A stretch of 64,000 nucleotides of DNA. Origin: an uncultured Ruminococcus sp. GTDB taxonomy: Bacteria; Bacillota; Clostridia; Oscillospirales; Acutalibacteraceae. This document shows positions 58,778-64,000 of this stretch, piece by piece (the first letter of the stretch is position 1; each line of letters begins with the position of its first letter). The notes beneath the pieces were generated by a model, which saw only the letters and a list, made by a program, of their open reading frames with translations, had not been told where the DNA came from and ran no database searches. The position numbers and the translations under genes were made by a program. The stretch lies in NCBI GenBank assembly GCA_900539465.1, contig UQCF01000010.1:20515-84514 (forward strand), written 5' to 3'.

Positions 58778-59746
58778 TTAAATCTTGCTGCTTGCCAGAG
58801 CTTGGTCAATAAGCTTATTCAACTTCTCCATTTGCTTTTTACCCGTGATGGGACCTACGATCGGATCGCCTACGATATTGCCGTTTTTATCAACCACATA
58901 TGTCGTTGGATAGGAATATAGCCCCGAAGTAAATATTCCGGCTTCACTCTTTGAATCAAACCAGATGTTTTTGTATGATGCACCTTTCTTTGCCAGAATA
59001 TCCTTTGCTTCCGAAATTGCAGTTTTATCGCCGTCCAGTGTAAAGGAATTTATACCGACTACCTCTCCGTTTTTTTCGGAGAGCTTTTTGTTCAGTGCCT
59101 CAAGTTCGGGAATTTCACCGACACAGGGGCTGCAGGTCGTAAACCAGAAGTTTACCACTGTGACTGTATTTCCGGCAAACAGCGTGCTGCTTTTCACTTC
59201 TTTCCCATCAAGGTCCTTGCCCTCGAATGAAGGGAATTTTATCAAGTCACTGTTTTCCTTGGGCTTTCCGTTTTCCGCCGGAACGCTCATATCGCCTTCG
59301 GACGGTTTCTTTCCGCAGCCCGGGAATTTCTGCTCAAGAACAGTCAGCTTACCCTCGATTTCTTGTATCTGTTCTGCTCCGTCTTTGAGAATTTTAAGTT
59401 CGTCGGCAGTAAACTGATCTTTTGCGCCTTCAATTGTTTTAAGCAAGAAGTCACCGTAGTTGCCTCCGTCCTCGATCATTGCCATTCCTTTGTCGGCAGA
59501 CATGAATACCTTTTCCCAGAGAGCGTTGTTTTCGGACAGAATCGCCGTTTCCTGCGCCATCAGTTTTTGGTGCAGTTCGGATGCCTCGTCCTTTGTTTTT
59601 GGATCCGCTGTCAGTAATGATGCAATCTTGTTGTCCATATTCCCTTCATTCTTCTTGCTGTCTTTTGACATACCGCAGGCGGCAAGGCTGATAATCAGCA
59701 GGAACGAAATAAGTACGGCCATTAATTTTTTTGTTTTCATAAGCAA
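58778..59746 (-). CDS. TlpA/ResA-like thiol-disulfide oxidoreductase lipoprotein (redoxin fold) with a roughly 190-aa N-terminal domain of unknown function
   Basis: Lipobox LAACGM. C-terminal thioredoxin fold with WFTTCSPCVGEIPEL (CxxC). Confidence 0.7.
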   Translation of the reverse strand: MLMKTKKLMAVLISFLLIISLAACGMSKDSKKNEGNMDNKIASLLTADPKTKDEASELHQKLMAQETAILSENNALWEKVFMSADKGMAMIEDGGNYGDFLLKTIEGAKDQFTADELKILKDGAEQIQEIEGKLTVLEQKFPGCGKKPSEGDMSVPAENGKPKENSDLIKFPSFEGKDLDGKEVKSSTLFAGNTVTVVNFWFTTCSPCVGEIPELEALNKKLSEKNGEVVGINSFTLDGDKTAISEAKDILAKKGASYKNIWFDSKSEAGIFTSGLYSYPTTYVVDKNGNIVGDPIVGPITGKKQMEKLNKLIDQALASSKI

Positions 59747-60658
59747 TTACTCCTTATCTTTATTTGATATTTTTTGTTTTTTCAAACTTTTTCCCGAGCA
59801 TATATTATCTTTTCCATTACAAAATCCATAACGGAATTTAACTGCATCCGTGGGGCAGGCACGCACACACATGCCGCAGCGGATACATTCGGTATGATCA
59901 GGACTTTTGGTAACATCTACATCCATTTTGCATGCCTTTGCACATTTTCCGCATGAGACACACTTGTTCTTATCAACCTTCATTCCGAGAAAGGATACTT
60001 TGTTTAGTAACGCATAAAATGCACCCAGCGGACACAGCCATTTGCAGAACGGACGGTAGAACAGCACGCTTAGCACGATCGTAACAGTCAGGATGCCGAG
60101 CTTCCATGAGAACAATGACCCTAATGCGGCACGGAGGCCGGAATCGACGGCAGCAAGAGGTATTGCTCCCTCGAGAACCCCCTGCGGACAAATGTATTTA
60201 CAGAAGAACGGATCACCCATTCCAATGTCATTGACTGCAAGGGCGGGCAGTAAAACTACCGTTATGAGTAAAACGGCATATTTTATGTAGGTAAGTCCTT
60301 TCAGCTTCTTTGTGGAAATTTTTCGGGTCGGAATTTTGTGCAGCAACTCCTGAAACCATCCAAACGGGCACAGGAAACCGCAGATGAATCGCCCCAGTAA
60401 CACTCCCAGCAGAATAAGGAATCCCGTAATATAATACGAAAAAGCAAATTTTGACGACCCAACCACCGCTTGAAACGAGCCTATCGGGCAAGCTCCCGAT
60501 GCCGCCGGGCAGGAATAGCAATTCAGTCCGGGGACGCAAACGGCTTTTCCTTTTCCTTGATAAATTCCTCCCTTCAAAAAATTCGGCAGGTGGATGTTGG
60601 TTAGAAGTGTCGCTGCCGCTTGTATCAAACTACGAAAGCGTGACAAAATCTGTGACAT
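59747..60658 (-). CDS. Membrane-bound 4Fe-4S polyferredoxin (NapH/MauN-like)
   Basis: CYSCPAASGACP and CKYICPQG membrane-region motifs plus C-terminal CVSCGKCAKAC / CIRCGMCVRACP ferredoxin clusters. ATG 60658 preferred over GTG 60703. Confidence 0.7.
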   Translation of the reverse strand: MSQILSRFRSLIQAAATLLTNIHLPNFLKGGIYQGKGKAVCVPGLNCYSCPAASGACPIGSFQAVVGSSKFAFSYYITGFLILLGVLLGRFICGFLCPFGWFQELLHKIPTRKISTKKLKGLTYIKYAVLLITVVLLPALAVNDIGMGDPFFCKYICPQGVLEGAIPLAAVDSGLRAALGSLFSWKLGILTVTIVLSVLFYRPFCKWLCPLGAFYALLNKVSFLGMKVDKNKCVSCGKCAKACKMDVDVTKSPDHTECIRCGMCVRACPTDAVKFRYGFCNGKDNICSGKSLKKQKISNKDKE

Positions 60659-60686
60659 GCCTTTTTTCTTAATATCAGGTTTCTTT

Positions 60687-60878
60687 CTATCCAATTCCGA
60701 CACACTCCAAGCACAGTCTGATCGCCTTGCTAAGCACGGTGTCCGCCTCGCCGCGCAAGGCTCCGAAACAAATCATTGCTGCTGCACCGATAAGCAATGC
60801 AATTTGAAGCAAGGCTTTTTTTGATCGAATCAATGAAGTCACCCCTTTCTTTTGTGCCCTCATTATAGCACCGAGCAT
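60687..60878 (-). CDS. Small membrane protein with C-terminal CxxC
   Basis: 63 aa, one TM helix (LLQIALLIGAAAMICFGAL), ends RLCLECVGIG. Stop lies 28 nt upstream of the polyferredoxin start on the same strand. Confidence 0.4.
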   Translation of the reverse strand: MLGAIMRAQKKGVTSLIRSKKALLQIALLIGAAAMICFGALRGEADTVLSKAIRLCLECVGIG

Positions 60879-60980
60879 ATAAAATCTGCGTTAAGAATAA
60901 AAACTTAACAAAAATCTTATTTTTGTATGATATAATAAAATCGTCAAATAAGATTAAAAATGAAAAGTGAGGAGGATTTT

Positions 60981-61658
60981 ATGCATATTTTAGTTGTTGA
61001 AGACGAGAAGGTGCTGTGCGAAACAATTGTACGCAGTCTGCGCCGTCTTGATTACAGTGTAGATTCTTGCTATGACGGAAATGAAGCGATTGAGCTTCTC
61101 GCCACTGAGAACTATGACCTTGTACTGCTTGACTTGAATCTGCCGGGCACGGACGGCATGACTGTGTTGCGCAAGCTTCGTCAAACAGACAGAGACACAA
61201 AAGTTCTGATTCTTTCCGCACGTAGTGAAGTAGCCGATAAAGTGGACGGACTTGATTCCGGAGCAAATGACTATTTATCAAAGCCCTTTCATTTAGAAGA
61301 GTTAGAGGCAAGAATACGCAGTCTGACACGGCGACAGTTCACGCAAAACGACGTGGTTCTTACATGCGGAGATATTTCTTTTGACACCAAATCACGCATA
61401 GCCTCTGCCGCCGGGCTGAAACTGATGCTCACCCGAAAAGAGTCGGCAATTCTTGAATACCTGTTGCTTAACCGTGGACGTCCTGTAAGTCAGGAAGAAC
61501 TTATTGACCATGTTTGGGATAACAGCGTGGACAATTTTAGTAATTCGATTCGGGTACATATTTCTGCTCTGCGCAAAAAAATACGTGCTGCTCTCGGGTA
61601 TGACCCTATTCGCAACCGTATCGGTGAAGGATATGTTATGGAGGACAACATCTTATGA
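60981..61658 (+). CDS. OmpR family response regulator
   Basis: HILVVEDEK..LVLLDLNLPG REC domain plus winged-helix output. GAGGAGG RBS. Confidence 0.85.
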   Translation: MHILVVEDEKVLCETIVRSLRRLDYSVDSCYDGNEAIELLATENYDLVLLDLNLPGTDGMTVLRKLRQTDRDTKVLILSARSEVADKVDGLDSGANDYLSKPFHLEELEARIRSLTRRQFTQNDVVLTCGDISFDTKSRIASAAGLKLMLTRKESAILEYLLLNRGRPVSQEELIDHVWDNSVDNFSNSIRVHISALRKKIRAALGYDPIRNRIGEGYVMEDNIL

Positions 61659-62794
61659 GAAAGCTTTCTTTGCAATGGCGCATCACTTTGATGACCGCCG
61701 TCTTAATCGGCGTGACCTGCGTTGCCATGAACTGTCTTTTAAGCTTTTCCGGCAGACATTATATGGATTCCATCGGTTCCTATGTTTCTGCCTACAGCAA
61801 TATAGACGCCGGAGAACCCGGTTACTTTGATCCGGAACAGAAAGAAACGGATAAGCTGACGATTGTTATACACGGTGTGCAGGATTCCTTTATCGCTACT
61901 AACTGGTGCATTACGGCAGCGGTGACTCTTATCGGCGGTGTATTGGCATATTTTTTCAGCGGACGTTCACTGAAGCCCTTGCGAACCTTTGCGTCTCAAG
62001 TTGAAAAAGTTCAGATGAATAACCTGACTGATATGAAAATAACCGGAGAAGTCCTGCCGGAGTTTAGACAATTCAGCATATCATTCAACAGTATGCTCGA
62101 CCGTCTTGACGAGGGTTTTACAGCTCAACGGCAGTTCACCGGAAATGCAGCCCATGAGCTTCGCACTCCGCTTGCGCTTATGCAGGCTCAGCTTGATCTT
62201 TTTTCCGCAGAGCATCCCGATGTGCTGCCGGAAACGGCGGACTTTCTTTGCCTGCTGCGTGAACAGACGGAGCGAATGTCTCAAATGACGAAAACTCTCC
62301 TCGAGATGAGCGAGCTTCGCACGGTGCCGTGTACCGACCAAATAGAGATAGCTCCCATGGTTGAGGAGATTTTTGCCGATCTTTCTCCGCTGGCGGACAG
62401 AAACGGTATTGCCCTCGAATTTTGCGGCAACGGTGTTATGACAGGTAGCGACACGCTGATATATCGGTTGATTTTTAATCTGACCGAGAATGCCATACGG
62501 TACAATCGCCCGAACGGAACAGTGAATGTTAAAACGTCAAAAGAGGGAACGCATCTTGTTATCCGTATATCTGATACAGGGCACGGTGTCCCCGAACAGT
62601 ACAAGGAAAGCATTTTTCAGCCCTTTTTCCGTGTGGACAAATCCCGCAGCCGTGAATTCGGCGGTGTAGGACTTGGTCTGTCACTTGTTTGGGAAATTGC
62701 CGCTCTGCACGGTGGTGATGTTAGGGTTGAAGAAAGTTCGGATGCCGGCACAACAATAGCTGTGAGGATTCCGACAGGATCGGTCACCGATTAA
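61655..62794 (+). CDS. Sensor histidine kinase (two TM helices, about 130-aa extracytoplasmic loop, HAMP, HisKA, HATPase)
   Basis: H-box AAHELRTPLA; N, G1 and G2 boxes (NAIRYN, DTGHGV, GGVGLGLS). 4-nt overlap with the response regulator. Confidence 0.8.
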   Translation: MRKLSLQWRITLMTAVLIGVTCVAMNCLLSFSGRHYMDSIGSYVSAYSNIDAGEPGYFDPEQKETDKLTIVIHGVQDSFIATNWCITAAVTLIGGVLAYFFSGRSLKPLRTFASQVEKVQMNNLTDMKITGEVLPEFRQFSISFNSMLDRLDEGFTAQRQFTGNAAHELRTPLALMQAQLDLFSAEHPDVLPETADFLCLLREQTERMSQMTKTLLEMSELRTVPCTDQIEIAPMVEEIFADLSPLADRNGIALEFCGNGVMTGSDTLIYRLIFNLTENAIRYNRPNGTVNVKTSKEGTHLVIRISDTGHGVPEQYKESIFQPFFRVDKSRSREFGGVGLGLSLVWEIAALHGGDVRVEESSDAGTTIAVRIPTGSVTD

Positions 62795-62927
62795 CCGTAT
62801 AGTTTTTTATTGACATAAGCGCTATAGTCTCTGAAAGCCCCGACCGTCGGTTATATATGCTGCCTCGAATGTAAAAAATACTAAAAATTATTGCCTCATC
62901 ATCCTTATGTTAAGCGGTTTTCGGGCA

Positions 62928-62945
62928 TAGAAAAAGTGGCTGTAA
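62928..62945 (-). terminator. Candidate terminator hairpin
   Basis: GGCTGTA-AAAA-TACAGCC, 7-bp stem. A T-run follows on the minus strand (ACTTTTTC) and an A-run precedes it on the plus strand. Confidence 0.3.
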
Positions 62946-63051
62946 AAATACAGCCACTCGAGTAAGATGCTACCCATTAGTTGAGTAGCCGACCTCTCAC
63001 ACCACCGTGCTTACCGTTCGGTACACGGCGATTCAATCATATTGAGTGCAT

Positions 63052-63099
63052 AGACTTGCACGCAGGGGATATATCGTAATATCCCCTGCGTGCAAGTCT
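63052..63099. repeat. Perfect 21-bp-stem hairpin (inverted repeat, 6-nt loop)
   Basis: AGACTTGCACGCAGGGGATAT-atcgta-ATATCCCCTGCGTGCAAGTCT; no flanking T-run. Confidence 0.8.
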
Positions 63100-63351
63100 T
63101 TCATTTGTTATGGTGTGGGTCAATATCCCACTCCCTGCAATAGTCCAGTATCCTTTTCGGGTGTTCCCGTTTCAGTGAGCCTGCCATTCGGGCATTCCTA
63201 ACTTATTTAGGTTTGTCACCCTCGTTTTCGGCTAACAGTTCCTATTGCCAAGCCTGTAGTAGACTTCCACCACTAAGTTATTACGCGTGCCGAGCACACA
63301 AGAAAAAAGCCCTGAAGCCCTTGCATATCAAGGATTTCAAGACTTTTTTCG

Positions 63352-63427
63352 TGGCTCCCCAAGTTGGACTCGAACCAACGACCCTGCGGTTAACAGCCGC
63401 ATGCTCTACCGACTGAGCTATTGAGGA
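63352..63427 (-). tRNA. tRNA-Asn (anticodon GTT)
   Basis: Cloverleaf readable on the minus strand: TCCTCAATAGCTCAGTCGGTAGAGCA-TGCGG-CTGTTAA-CCGCA-..GGTTCGAGTCC..GCCA. CCA is encoded. Confidence 0.85.
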
Positions 63428-63439
63428 AAATATATATGT

Positions 63440-63554
63440 CGGCGCCGACCTATCTTCCCGGGCGGCCTCCCGCCAAGTATTTTCAGCACTGATGAGCTTA
63501 ACTACCGTGTTCGGGATGGGAACGGGTGGACCCTCATCGTCATTGACACCGACT
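63440..63554 (-). rRNA. rrf: 5S ribosomal RNA
   Basis: Minus strand reads GGTGTCAATGACGATGAGGGTCCACCCGTTCCCATCCCGAACACGGTAGTTAAGCTCATCAGTGC... Confidence 0.85.
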
Positions 63555-63602
63555 AAGTATATGCAGAATAAATCCACATAACTATATATTAAATTAAATA
63601 AA

Positions 63603-63680
63603 TGGTGACCCGTACGAGATTCGAACTCGTGTTGCCGGCGTGAGAGGCCGGAGTCTTAGGCCACTTGACCAACGGGCCAC
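63603..63680 (-). tRNA. tRNA-Glu (anticodon CTC)
   Basis: GTGGCCCGTTGGTCAAGTGGCCTAAGAC-TCCGG..CTCTCAC..CCGGC..GAGTTCGAATCTC..CACCA. Anticodon loop CU-CUC-AC. Confidence 0.7.
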
Positions 63681-63684
63681 AATT

Positions 63685-63759
63685 GGTACACCATCACGGG
63701 CTCGAACCGTGGACACCCTGATTAAGAGTCAGGTGCTCTACCAACTGAGCTAATGGTGC
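63685..63759 (-). tRNA. tRNA-Lys (anticodon CTT)
   Basis: GCACCATTAGCTCAGTTGGTAGAGCA-CCTGA-CTCTTAA-TCAGG-..GGTTCGAGCCC..ACCA. Confidence 0.85.
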
Positions 63760-63838
63760 TCATTTATTAACGCACCCTCAAAACTGAACAAAAGGAAGAT
63801 GAAAGTGAAGAGAAGAAAGAATGTAGAAAAGCTTGAAA

Positions 63839-64000
63839 AGGTCAAGCCCTCGACCTATTAGTACTGCCCAGCTAAAGCCATCACTGACCTTACACCTGCA
63901 GCCTATCAACCTCATAGTCTATGAGGGGTCTTACTAGCTTATGCTATGGGATATCTTATCTTGGAGGCGGCTTCACGCTTAGATGCTTTCAGCGTTTATC
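63839..64000 (-). rRNA. rrl: 23S ribosomal RNA, 3' end (continues beyond the window)
   Basis: Minus strand reads ..GGATAAACGCTGAAAGCATCTAAGCGTGAAGCC..GGTTGATAGGCTGCAGGTGTAAGG..GTACTAATAGGTCGAGGGCTTGACC, the conserved 23S domain VI / 3' terminus. Confidence 0.85.

Noticed and set aside
63213-63577. ORFs 63213-63416 (+) and 63281-63577 (-) in the ORF track
   Set aside because: They overlap tRNA-Asn and the 5S rRNA and are read-through of structural RNA genes.
1-64000. CRISPR arrays, transposases or integrases, and phage or toxin-antitoxin modules
   Set aside because: I scanned for direct repeats with regular spacers and for transposase or recombinase motifs and saw none. The only tandem repeats are the coding zinc-ribbon units and the CAG tract.

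Overview
This 64 kb window reads as a Clostridia-type (Firmicutes) chromosomal region. It is gene-dense, mostly on the minus strand up to about 42.6 kb, then mostly plus strand. All calls are by eye from the ORF translations and the DNA; no searches were run.

Recognisable content, in order:
- A partial L-fucose isomerase, a divergent AraC regulator and a GH38 alpha-mannosidase.
- Two tandem ABC exporter pairs with a TetR regulator, and an acyltransferase-3 membrane protein.
- A complete D-allose/D-allulose-type catabolic operon (rpiB, binding protein, ROK kinase, AlsE epimerase, permease, ATPase, LacI regulator).
- A choline uptake and activation module (BCCT transporter, LicC, and an HTH-LicC-LicA fusion).
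- A 4Fe-4S protein with a divergent Crp/Fnr regulator, an orphan rhaD aldolase, and a carbohydrate ABC importer.
- An OmpR-type two-component system with a convergent ABC exporter.
- An NhaC antiporter with an unusual N-terminal zinc-finger extension, and a PutP-like symporter.
- The conserved ricT(yaaT)-holB-darA block, an AEC transporter and citrate synthase.
- A four-part NarL-type signalling unit (7TM pseudo-kinase-like protein, kinase, LuxR-type regulator, pseudo-receiver).
- A roughly 9.5 kb same-strand cluster of ten uncharacterised small membrane or zinc-ribbon proteins, including SPFH-like, DUF4428-like, TM2, tandem DUF3592-like paralogs and a TPM-domain protein. It carries internally duplicated zinc-ribbon modules and a CAG/CAA tract.
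- A decayed ankyrin-like pseudogene region.
- An extracytoplasmic thiol-redox module (TlpA-like lipoprotein, membrane polyferredoxin, small CxxC protein) beside a second OmpR-type two-component system.
- The 3' end of an rRNA operon on the minus strand (23S partial, tRNA-Lys, tRNA-Glu, 5S, tRNA-Asn), followed by about 400 bp of unexplained non-coding DNA containing a perfect 21-bp-stem hairpin.

No CRISPR array, transposase or integrase was seen.
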